This document shows, piece after piece, positions 11,300 through 23,247 of a stretch of 64,000 nt of DNA; positions within the stretch are counted from its first letter, which is position 1; every line of letters starts with the position of its first letter. The DNA comes from Lepidodermella squamata (lineage: Eukaryota; Animalia; Gastrotricha). The notes beneath the pieces were generated by a model. The model saw only the letters and a program-made list of their open reading frames with translations, searched no databases and was not told the origin of the DNA. Made by a program: the position numbers and the translations under genes. The DNA lies in the NCBI GenBank assembly GCA_047495785.1, contig JBLDXI010000017.1, positions 3,410,001 to 3,474,000 on the forward strand, written 5' to 3'.

Positions 11300-14200
11300 A
11301 GGTCGAATGGATTGCTTTGGATGAATTAATACCAATGAATTTCTTTCAATGTTAAACACGTTTTGTGACTAGAAAACAAGATATAGACATTGTAATCAGG
11401 TGCGTGATGCTTTTATTCTAGCGGATCGGTGTCAATCGCACTTGTAAGGTGCGACAACCTGACGCGCGCGGTCGCTCTCGAGAGGGCGAAATCGCTCCTG
11501 GGCGCTCTTGAGCGGAAATCAAGTCGCGCTCGGCAAACACGATTAGGACAGTGCCAAGTAGGGCTTGGTAGCGCACGCGCTCGATGATCAGCTAACCCGC
11601 ACCCTTCTACGTATCGAGCCACCCATCGACAAGCTGTGGCGGTGCGGAAGACGCGGCACAGCTGGGCAGCTAGCTAGGCAACGAGGCCATAAAATTCACT
11701 TGAGCATGTCGTGACAGCGATTAGCATAAAACACCACATAACAACCGGCGAGATCGTGAACGGCGTTGCCAATAAACGCCGCCAGGTGACGCGCGCCGCG
11801 CCCAAGACACGATGGACGAGCTAATCGCCTCTGTGCAAGGCCATAAACAAAAAGAAGGTGGCTTAAAAAACAGCAGATGCCAGCGCCGTAAACAGCAGCC
11901 ACTGGGCTTTATACCACGATGGTGCGCTCCTTTAATAATACTCAAGCAAAAGTGAGAAATAGCGATGCGCATGGTAGGCAGGCGAGGCGCGCGCGCTCAG
12001 AGCCTTGCGTGACGGCGCCAAAAACCGCCTGTGTCGCTCTGTGATCAGGGCGCGAGGAATCCACCTCCGCGGCTGATGACAGCGCGGCACCGGATCTGGC
12101 GGACTTTGAACGCGCAGAAAAATGAATGACAAGAAAGTCGGGTGCCAACTACATCACCCAAATAGACCCAATAATGCGATTTTGTGGCCGCTCCTACTGA
12201 TGTAGCGGCACTGCTGCCAGTCATGCACGTCACGGCAAGTTGAGAAGGATGAAATATAACCGAGAGATAGAGAGTTAGGATATGACTGGCGGTTGGTAGC
12301 TGGTATCGCGGCGTGCCATCGCAACGTTGCACAGGCAGCAACAGGAAGCAGTCTACGAGAAGCTGCACGCGGCGTTCTAGCAGAGGCTTCGCGCAATAAT
12401 TTGCATTTCTAATTTTACGTCTCGAGTCAAAACGGTGCATCGCGGGCGTGTTGTTCAGACTGCGGACCGGCCGCCGTGCTCATCGCTTCGCTTCAGCAGC
12501 AGCAGCGGCTGTAAGTTGAAGTTGCATCAAGGTGGCCGCGTGCTCATCATCATCATCATCACAGCAACAACTCGAATGCAACTATTAGTAGAGAGATATA
12601 CTACATTATTCGAGTATCCTCCTTAATTGAAAATTCACAACGGAATGCGCAGGCGAGGCGAGCAACAAAGATCATCATCGCCTGTGTGACTCAACGCGCA
12701 CCTATAGTAGTTTAGTATTTCGATAGGTAAACTCTATGGTAAAGTGAACTAATTCTGGATTCTGAATTCTGCGCTTTTGATAATAATTTATGTAAAGGCG
12801 AAATATTGAAGAATAGCGAAGCTCGACGAGCATGAAATTACTAATAATGACGGAGTTGTAAATCAGATAAGCTGAAGCTAAAATAGGTACTGGAGGCTGT
12901 AAAGATTCATGTCGACGTCAATTACATGTGACAATTTAAGAGCCCATTGCAAAATGGCTCTCACTTTTAAATTTAATTATTGCACGCGGTTCCAAAGATC
13001 GTCACCGCCGCTTGGCTGGGACCTTCGCGTGTCTTAGATAGATCTCGTGCGTGCAGGTGGGTGGACTGGATTTTGATGAAAATTAGCCCTTAGAAAAAGT
13101 TGAACAGTGACTAATAAATTGAATGGTAATTCATTTAGCCTATAGAAGTATAAACGCAAAAACGCATGCAATTTTCCATCTTAATGAAATCAACCATGCC
13201 CTTGCGAAAAACCTGTAAGTATTCAGGATCTTCGAAGTCAGCGAAAATGCAACTCATATGTAATAAATAGATATTATATGAACGATTTTATTCCTTGCAT
13301 CGGCAGTGATTTACCTGCGAGGCGAGCAAATCGCTGCAAAGTGATGTTATTAGCAGGTAGGTGATTTATGGACGCGAGCATTCGCGATTAAGCGCCGATT
13401 GGCCTTGCGAGTATGCGCTATTAGAGTCGCGTGCGATCGAGTGAGTGAGCTATTGAGAGGGTGTGATTTGCAATCTCTGTCAAGTAGACAAGCTCATCGT
13501 TGTCGTCGGCTGTAATTATCGACGGCCGAGTTGTTTGCAGAGACGGGCTCGCGGTCTCGCAGCGCGCGCGCACGCCTCTATTTATTTGGCATGCGCTGTG
13601 CCGCCGCGGCAAGACGACCCCGGCAACAAGATAGCGCGGCGGAAGTGTCGTCGTTCGCGATGCGCCTCGCCGCCGAGATACCGGAAGCGCCGAGTGGAGC
13701 GGTGGGAGTTGGAAATTGCTTTCAAATTAAAAGTTAAAGCTCTACCTGCCTCGCAAACACGCCGCGCGATATCGACTCGAGCAGGCCCCGAGTGAGTGTG
13801 TGCGATCAAAGACGCGCTAGCTCATCGCAGCAGCCCCGGAAGACACCGAACGACAAATATTTGTCGTCTCCGATGACGGCTACTGCTAATCAACTACTCG
13901 GCTCTAAATGCTTTACGATTCGATGACGAATGAAGGCACACTGCTGCCGAGTGTGGGCGAGTAATAGGCGAGCAGGTACGGCGCGAGGCGAGGCGGAACG
14001 CGCAACTCTGCGTGTAAAAATCAAGATTTACAACCCGCCGTTAATTTATTGGAAGTGCAACGTCGTAAATAAATTGGAGACGGCCAACGCAAGAATGCAC
14101 GTCACCTGGGCTAATTTATCGCGGCGCGGAAAAGACGGATTTGTGCTGCTATTTGAGCGAGCGGGCGCGGGCACTGGGCAGGTTGGCAGGTGGCGCGCAA

Positions 14201-16700
14201 ATCATCGACAAGTTAGTTGCTATACCCGCTACCGCACAAGTCAACCGCATGAGTGGAGTAAAGGGAGTGAGAGCGATTTTAATGCAGAGATGAGAGCGGT
14301 AGGCAATAAATTATGCACGGTGTCGTTGTGGACGCCTTGTTGCCATTAAAAGTCGATGGCTGCAGGTGGCGGTCTCGAATCCTCCTGACGGCGCGCCGAA
14401 CGTGTCGCGCGAGCACCTCGGGAGACGGCGATCTTCGAACAAAGAGAGCCGTCGCGATGACACCGCGCGCGCGCTTGAATATTCGAACAGGCACTAGCGC
14501 ATCATCGCAAAGATTATATGTGAATAATTAAACAAGATGTCAAAACGCACGCTCACATTGCGCGCATCAAATTGACAGTAGACTAGTGTCTCTTCGGCCG
14601 CACTTGATTCCTACCGCGCTCACAGCACACTCAGGTGGCGAGAGCGGGCGGGCGGGCGAATCTTCACCGAATCAAAACAACGTCGCCAATTGGCAAGGGA
14701 CGGCGTGCGTGATTGCGCGCCAAACTACCATAAAGTAGGCCTGCTATTACAGCTACTCCATACGGCAAGTTGTGTCAAAACATTAAAATTGCTCGAGTCG
14801 GCCAAAAGTCGTTGCCGCGCGCTCGCGACTGCTAAACACAAGGTGTGGCGTTAGATAGAGATAGAGAGAGAGACATCTTCGGCGATCGCTTTTCTCAGGC
14901 GCTGCGAGCGCGCGCGCGGAAAATAGGACAGCGGCACGCACAGGAAGACCTCGCACATCTACTGTTGTTATCATTTATTAATTGACAAATCAAGGCAAGT
15001 TAATGCCGCGCGCGCTCCAAGTGCCCGCTCGCTCACCGTTGGCAGAAGGCGGCGTTGTTGTCGTTAAGCCGCGACAAGCAACATCGCAACTTCTCACGCA
15101 TTGAAAAACAAAAAACGATGACCCATGCGCACGATCTGCAGTTGTTACTGGTTAAGACTTAAATAATATAATCAGTGATCAACTTTTTACACATTGGGGC
15201 AGTTTTAATGGTGTAACAGTACGATTATCAAAGAGAGTATCAGATTGGCTCATCAAAACAAAAAACCTAGACATGTGCGCATGAGCAATAATCATCGCCA
15301 GGCCTTTGAGCCGGAAACAAGCGAGAAGAATAGTAAAGAAGAAGAAATCGCGCTACCCTAGAAGCAGGCCTGATGCATTTGGGTGGATTCCCGGAAGGAA
15401 GGAAGGACGAGTATCGAACGAAGACTTTTTCGAAAGAAAAGATCTGGTCAGGAGCGCGTTTCGTTCGCGATCAAGCATGCGCATAAGAAGCAGCTGCAAT
15501 AAGTTGTTGAGGTGAAGTTGTTGAGAAGATGACACTCAAAGAGGCCATACCCTGCTGTAAAGATAAATCATCGTCATCGCAGATTCATCCGCGACAAGAA
15601 ATGAGAATAATTAGACACTTGGGCGGGCATCTAATCGCAGTGACACGGCGAGGCTCGTGATGAGAGATAATAACGCGCCGATAATAAGGTGATGATGATG
15701 ATGAGGACGACGACAACGACAACGAAGGGTAAGCAAAAGATGTGCTCGATCCGTGGCACAATGCGAGCTCGCCATCCGAATGAAGATGATGATGGCGATT
15801 ATCTCGCCGTGCGATTTACACCCTGCCCGCGCAGACTTAAGATTTAACATCACAACAAGTTGATATTTTAATTTAATATCATCTCTCCTTCCGCGATAAG
15901 ACACGGTGCCTCATCGAGTGTGAATACGCAAAAAGTTCGGCTTTATTGTTTTGAGCCTACAACTTAGCCGTGTCGTTATTCGCCGCAGTCAGTCTTAGCG
16001 CGTCCTAATAATGCCCAAGAAATGGACGCGTTTTATGTCGAATACATTTATTCGATATGTCATCTTGACAGCGTGTTGTTACCTCAAGGGAGACTTGTGT
16101 CTTTTTTCTAAAGTGACCCTACTATGATTAGAGATTGATTGAAAGAAAGAAATATCGCATTTTTTCGTTTTGGTCAGGTGATCCCTTACATGCATGATAA
16201 CATAACACTACGAGTTTCATAGATAAAGAACCTGACGCGTTGCGGAACTGGAACAACTGAAAAACTTATGTTTCACCCGGATAAATGGATCACAGGTCTA
16301 GTATACTGTATAATACAACAAAGCTAAATAGCTGAAGATTTTTTTGTGATGGGACATGCGGTGCGAGAGAAGGTGAAGGGAGAAGGACACGTGTCTCAAT
16401 CTCCACCAAATTATCGAGGCGTGTTAGTCAAACCACACGCGCCTCAAATATCAAGAAAAATTTCTGGCCTTCTCATCATCATCATCATCATGAGGGCAAT
16501 TACGGCAAGAAGCCATTCGAGTGTGCGCACTCAGATTGTTATTGTAGGCGATGATGAAGAGGTATTAGTATGTAGCTTCTTGTCTCGACAATCACGGCAG
16601 CAGCCCATTAGGTAAACCCAACGACGGCAAACGCTCCTATCTCTTATCTTCAAATCAGCGAAGCGTGCTTAGTGTAGACACACCTTGCCAAACATTGTGC
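11300..16700. promoter_or_regulatory. Extended CpG/GCGC-rich non-coding region upstream of prospero (probable enhancer field or 5' introns)
   Basis: About 5.4 kb without a credible coding exon in an otherwise compact region; many CGCG/GCGC runs. Confidence 0.45.
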
Positions 16701-17212
16701 CAAATGCAATCGATTTGCATCTTCGGTTCACCAATATGCTCAGTCACAGCGAAAAGCCTTTATAAAATGAAGATTCAACAATTTACCTATGCTGTATGAA
16801 TTGACCGTTCTAATGATACGTGTTACACCGTTGGTTGTGGTAAAAAAAAATGTATAATAAGCGTGATTTTTGTCACGCGCTCGTCCGCTTTCAGGTTCGA
16901 GCCCGTATTTTCACTCTTTGTCAATCTGCAAACCTGCAGCCGAAATCCGCTCCAAAATATCACCAGCTAAGCTCGCTTTGCTCGCTAAAATCATTACGCA
17001 TAGATTGAAATGTTGAACTTTTCCGAGTTATAGGGCAGTTGAATGTTGGTCATAAGTAGGCTCAAAACAGCTTCGATTTTGATCACGAGACACCGTACCA
17101 GCCGTACGGCTGGCCTTAGCTGAGCTGTGTGGTGTCGTGTGATTTTTAGGTCGCAAAAAATCACTCGAAGACCCGCTAACAGGCGTCTCTTTGAGCAATC
17201 ACTGATTACTTA

Positions 17213-18153
17213 CAGTAAAAGTTGTGTAAACCGGAATTTCTCTAAACCGGACGGATTTCAGTGGCTCATGCAGAAAGTGTGCACTTTACATTATACATTT
17301 TTCGTCTAAACTCTGTAAACCGGACTTTTCCTAATTCGGAGCGATTTTTAGACGTGGGAAGGTTAAAAAGTCCGGTTTAGACCATTTTCCCTTGTTTTTC
17401 GTCATCTTCAAAGCGCTTGGAACCCGGCTTTTCCGAGAGGTTAACTTTTCGTGTGCTTTATGAATGAGAGCTAAAGCTTGGGTGATCCACTGCGCCACCT
17501 CCGCTTATGAAATATGACGACGATTAACTCCTACTTTTTGTGAATAATTTTGGGAAACCACATTTCATTAGATAGATACTTGGTGCTATACGATATCACT
17601 TGTTACAAGGTCTAATTGATCGGTGATCTCAAGGTAAGGGATTGGGATTTTGGGTGTTTCAGGAACTTTCGCGAAGTCCATTGATGAAAGAATGCCGGTT
17701 AAATCGTTGGCCGAACCTAGCCGAAACATTTTTTTCGAAATAGTTCGGCCAGGATTTCAAAATATCGACGTTGTAAGCCGAATCCTAATAAAAAGTGTGG
17801 GTTCCGATATGAGGAATTAGTTCGGCCAAGCACGGCTATGTCAAAAATTGTTCGGCCGCGTTCGTCAATGTTTGACCACATCTCAAGACGTTTGGCCACG
17901 TTCGACCAGGCAAAACGTGCTTCGACTAGGTTCGGCCAATAAAATTATATCCGAACCTGGTGCCGATATGGGGCAGGAAATAAAGAATTTTAATTTCTCA
18001 AATCTGCTATTAACCGTGTCATAAATCTGAGCCCAAATTTAGACCTTGATTTCCTAAGCCGGACTTAGTCCGGTGGTCGTTTTGACCGGATTTGCTCTAA
18101 ACCGGACGATTTTGCCTGGCGCACTGCTAGTCGGGTTTACACGACTTTTACTG
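17213..18153. mobile_element. Tc1/mariner-pogo-type MITE with a nested TTCGGCC-repeat element (~17700-17965)
   Basis: TIRs CAGTAAAAGTTGTGTAAACC / reverse complement CAGTAAAAGTCGTGTAAACC; TA on both sides; internal TAAACCGGA repeats. Confidence 0.85.
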
Positions 18154-18717
18154 TATATAAAATGAAATGTAATCTGTTGCTGCTTGTTTTTTACTGATTT
18201 TTCCGACAATAACAATATGAGAAAAAATCATCGTTTCGATATTAGCCAATAAAATTGTTGCCGAGCTTTTGTTATTCAAATTTCGTGAAAACGTGTCTCG
18301 CTGTTTATTCAATCACTGAGGTATTTATCGATGAATAATTAACGAGGTACTATAGGGGACTATGTCACAAGGCCATATGCTGAAAAGTGTTCCGGCGTTA
18401 TACTACATTTTTTTGAAGTGCTAGGAAACGAATCGACTAAATGCATGCTAGAAACGCCTTAACAGTTGGCATCTTAACTGAATTCGGCAAACGTCACGGG
18501 TGATATCAACTTCCGAGGCGCAGATTTATTGCAATTAACGAGCACGGTTTCAAGTGTAAATTGCTCCCATTTTTATTTATTAAATCTTGATAACGTTCTT
18601 ATCACCCTTCATTGTCCTTGGAAATTAGCGTCACCGGCATGCATTTTTCTGCGTTTTTATTCCAATGATTTGTTTACAAGGTGTGCGCATGTAGCTGGTT
18701 TGTACCCGAACAAAACA

Positions 18718-19169
18718 ATGGATTTATGGGTATCGTACAGTGCTATTATTATTTCGGGCTGTGTTGTCGGTCTTCTGGTCACGATGGCCGTGATCGCGCT
18801 AATTGCGGCGGCTTGCTGTCGAATCCGTTGTTTTGCCTCGAGTCGAAAACTCCACTATAATTCAATCTACGCGGCTCATCGTCGATACAGGAGACCTAAC
18901 TTGTACTGCTCAATGCCGCATCGCTCACCTAGGGTTAGCATTGACAATCAAGCCTATTCTCACAATAGGGGTAAGAGATTTTTACCATAAGGGGTGAATT
19001 CTCGTATATTTCAGAATTAGGCATGTTTTCACCAAGTCCAATGGGTGACTTCCAGCCACCCCCAGCATACATCGAAGTTATGAAAAACCATGATCTCCCA
19101 CCCAATCATGCGATAGTTATTGACAATGCTGATATGGCGACACAAATTGGCCCTGCTTATCCGGTATGA
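18718..19169 (+). CDS. Small single-pass membrane protein with juxtamembrane CC and a PPxY motif (WBP1/VOPP1/Shisa-like architecture)
   Basis: MDLWVSYSAIIISGCVVGLLVTMAVIALIAAACCRIRC..., intron ~18971-19020, then ...FQPPPAYIEV...GPAYPV*. Confidence 0.7.
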
Positions 19170-19463
19170 GCAAAAATACTGAGAGTTACGATAACATGGA
19201 ATAAATTTTATTCTTGTCAATGCGCCGTTATTTTTTACACAATATTATGTGATTTTTCGAGCCATCTTTTGCAAATAAACGTTTTCAATTTTTAAACAAG
19301 AAATTTTTATCACATTATTTCATTGAATGAGTTGATGGAACTACAAAATCTCAAGTACTTATAATAATAATATGTTTACAGCTTAATTTGATGTGAACGT
19401 GCGCAGCCACTCTTTTCAAGATATAACTATTACAATAATTAACAGCTAATCATCACAGCCGTC

Positions 19464-21376
19464 TCAATCTTCGTCCTGTTCCTCTTCTTCGGCTTCTTCA
19501 CCTTCTTCCTCGCCACCTTCTTCGTTCTGTTGCTGCTGAGCACGCAGAGCGGCCTCTTCCTCTGGGGTCGGATCGTCGATTTCAGTAATTTCAGGCCCGC
19601 TTGGATATTCATCCATTGGCGGTGGCGGTAATTCAGGCTGGAAATTGGTAGGTGAGTATTTAAGACCCCAGCCGATGTAAATGTTCTCGAATGACTTTTC
19701 GTATGAGAACGAATGAGCGCCAGGCCACAAGTTGGAGTCAACAACAGCGATCGCGTACTGTGGAATCAGCTTCGATGAAACGCGACCAGTCCAGGGCTGC
19801 GTGCCATCCATCGCCACGTCCTCGGCAACGGGGGTCAAGAGAGGCGGACCTTCTTCCTTCTGCGGTTCATCAGGCTCTTCTTTCTCCTCTTCGTCTTCCT
19901 CGTTGCCTTCGAATTCATCTTCGGCTTTCTGCGCCGGGTTCCACCAAACACAGCGGCCTTGTGGTAGAATATGCTGAGCAATGTGAACCCAAGATGCCAT
20001 ACCTGAGTCGGCCAACTCTTTCACTGGAATCGGCGTGTACTCGGGATTTTCGACGAACGAATCACGAGCGCCTCCCTCAGCCTCGGCCTCCTCTTCATCG
20101 CCTTCGTCCTGAGTGTAATAGCTCTGAGGAGCAACTTGGGTACCAGCGGTAATGCGCGCGATCTGGGCGCGGAGATAACTAGCTTCATTGCCGCCAAATG
20201 GAGGGTAGGAGATAACTGGAGCATCCAACCGACCGGTGAAAAACTTGCGAACTTTCCTAGCAACTTGAATGTGTACTGGAGAGGCTGGCGGAAGGCGAAC
20301 CCATGGCTTGCCGGCTAAAATAATAGAGATGTAATGTTATCCGTAAACTGACACTCTACAGCCAACTTACGCTCATTGCAGACAAAGTAAACTTTTTTAT
20401 TTGTGCCGGAGCCATTCTCCTCCTTCGGGATTTCCGGTGGGGCCTTCCATGTCGGTTTAGGTGGTTTGTCTTCTTCTTCGGCCTCGCCGTCAGTTTCTTG
20501 ATCTTTTTCGGGCTCCTTGTCACCTGCTTGAGCTTCCTCTTCCTCTTCTTCCTCAGGCTCTTGCTCTCCCTCTCGATATTCGACTTCAGCGACATAGTAG
20601 TTTTGCTCCGTGCCAAAGACCTTGCCCCAAAATCGAACCTTCTGCAGAGGATGTGTGTCTACTAGCTGTTTGAGAGCAAGCCAGACACGGTAAAGCTCTT
20701 CTCGGCCCAAGCCGATTCCAGCCTAAGTGATAAAAAGCAAAATAGAATATAGAAAGGCAAGACTTCAAAGCTATGCAATAATTACCTGTTCGAAGAAATA
20801 AACCAACTTCCACAGATTAGGAAGAGGAGTTTCTACACTGTCATCGACTTCGTCATCAGCAGCAACTTTCTAAATATTATGATAAGAAGCAATTGGTTGA
20901 TTCATTTGCTCAAATAATGATGACCAACGTATAAATTGCGCTGAACTTCTGAGAGAGCAACTTCAGTTGATACATCGGCTTTGTCGCGAAGTGTGTCTTT
21001 ATCTGGCATGTATTTAGTGCGCTTTAGCTCCTTGGAAATATCTTCGAATACATCTGGGACATTGTCGGGACGTTCCGACAGAATTTTGGTGAGAACTTTG
21101 GCCAAATGGTCATAGCTGATGAGGAAATATGAAATCAAGGTATTAAAGCGAAATAAACATATGTTTAAGTTTACAGATTTACGCCGCTATCGACCGATGA
21201 TTGCAGCAAAAAAGCCTTTGCATTGATGAACTCTTGTTGCTTTGATAATGGTTTGTCAACTCCAACACTATCAGGAACCAAATGTCCATTGGCTGGGGAT
21301 CTGGCCCCATTCGATGCTGTAAACAGGAGTATTGAAACGCCTATTCTGTTACGCCTATTTCATGTAACTTACCCAT
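19464..21376 (-). CDS. RSPH4A: Radial spoke head protein 4/6 homolog
   Basis: [63 protein letters not shown] motifs; acidic tail; spliced exons join in frame. Confidence 0.95.
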
Positions 21377-22029
21377 TTTTATATCCTGCTTTCGGTGAAT
21401 TAACAATATGCTATTAAAATCTAGAATATCATCGTAAATCGAGCATTAATAAGCATTAATAAGTACAGGGAAGATATCAAGATATCAGTCAGCGCTTCGA
21501 TCACGATCACGATCACGATCCCGCATGGTGCCCAGGTGGCATTTCAACACTCTCAGCGAAGCCTACAAACGCCGTCGTAGCAGGATAGCTACCAGAAGAA
21601 TAGTTTGGAGAAACTGCTTTGTTTTTCGCCATGTCGTGTATGGATGGTTTGTTGCTAGGTACGCATCAGTTGTTATAATAATGCAAAAAATTCACAATCA
21701 TAAATTCATTAGGAGAAAAAGTTATATATAAAAAATCAAAACATCTTGTGATGATTTTTTTAATATTTTGGCGGGATTTTTTTCAGCCGAAAGTCATCGC
21801 GCCGACCGGTTTTCCGAGTTTTTCTTCCACCCATCTGAAACTAACCGGCTTGCTGGGCCGCACATGAACTGTTTCTAGTTTTGTGTTCCATTTAAGGTAC
21901 AGAAAGTACTGAACGGTATGAGTCTGGAATCTGGCCTATTCTTACTCCTAGCAAATCTGTTTTCAGTGAATGCGAGCTTAGAGCTTCAGTGAGTCAGCTT
22001 CTCTAGTCTATAGTCCCTAGTCAGTGGAT

Positions 22030-22775
22030 CACTTAGATATGATGAACGATGAACAAATCCCTCGAAAATAATTATTTGATTTGAGGTGAATAGTGAGCAT
22101 GATTGAAATGAGCGTTATCTTCGAGTTTATCAGTCACGACACGAACACTAGCCTGTCCTGCCGTAACCTGACTGATCACCGTTGATGCAATTTGGAACCT
22201 CCTTCTCTGATCATTTTCAGCATTATGCTCATATCACCTTACTCCTGGAGGCAAGCTCTTAGAGCAAAGAATTCTGTTTATTATTTTAAGATCTCCTGTC
22301 TTTCCTGTAGAAGCTAGGAGTAGAGGCGCTAAGAGTGAAAACTACCGTCCGTTATCGCTACTATCGGTTTACCAAATTCACAGCATTTACTTGTATATAT
22401 GCTGAAATTTAGAGTAAAAAGTGGTGCTCGACTTAAGGGGTACTTAAAGAGGATTCTTTCTTCAAAAAGGGCTGTCCAGACTTCACAACCCCTTCGTACT
22501 ACCCTCTCTTGTTACTTAACAAATTCACGTCCGCGTTCAACAGAAGGAACTGTCTAACGGCTGGAATAATGATCACACATACAGCAGATCTCCTGTCTAC
22601 AGCATGCCTGAATTGCCTATCGAAATCAATAGCGAGAATGACTTTACACGTTTGAAGGAAGCTGCAGCAGATCGCGAGCATTGGAGGACGGTGGTGGAAC
22701 TCGCGGCCTCCCCTGCCATGCAGTGAAATGTTGACTAACATGAAACACTAATACTACTACTACTACTACAACTAC
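22030..22775 (+). mobile_element. Degenerate RTE-type LINE 3' end with (TAC)n tail
   Basis: MNDEQIPRK*LF and LKEAAADREHWRTVV...* resemble RTE ORF C-termini; (TAC)n tail at ~22752-22775. Confidence 0.6.
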
Positions 22776-23247
22776 GTCCGCGGAGAACTTTTCTTTATAC
22801 GCCAATGGCATTAGAATCGACATTTAGTAGTAAAATTGTTATTATGGCTAGTCGCAGATAGCATTTTTCGAATTTAAATCTACCTCTGAGCTAAAGGTAT
22901 GGCTATACTTGATTATTTGAATTAACAAAATGAAAAATAATAGCAAATGTAAACTTAAGAGCGTCGAACGAGATCACCGGCGGTGGGTGGCTCTTCGCTT
23001 GGCAAGGTTATCGCCGACCTTCCTGTGTCGAACAAGACCTTGGAGAGGAAAAATAAGCTATCCGTGTTTATATCCGATCGATCGTTTTTTATAATGATGG
23101 GCATGTTGAAACGTTACGTCGAAGTGCCCCTATGCTTCTGTCATTATTTGCTCTAACATTTTTTGCTATCCTAGCCGTTGGTCATATTTCTAACTGTTTA
23201 TCGTATAAGGAATTCTAATCGTCTTTATCGTTATATTGTTGTTCTAG

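Noticed and set aside
11413-16615. Numerous 60-140 aa ORFs upstream of prospero
   Set aside because: Arg/Ala-rich products expected by chance from GC-rich non-coding DNA; no domains or consistent splice pattern
16850-16990. Helentron/DINE-like end (GCTCGCTTTGCTCGCT)
   Set aside because: Single short motif; subterminal inverted repeats not established
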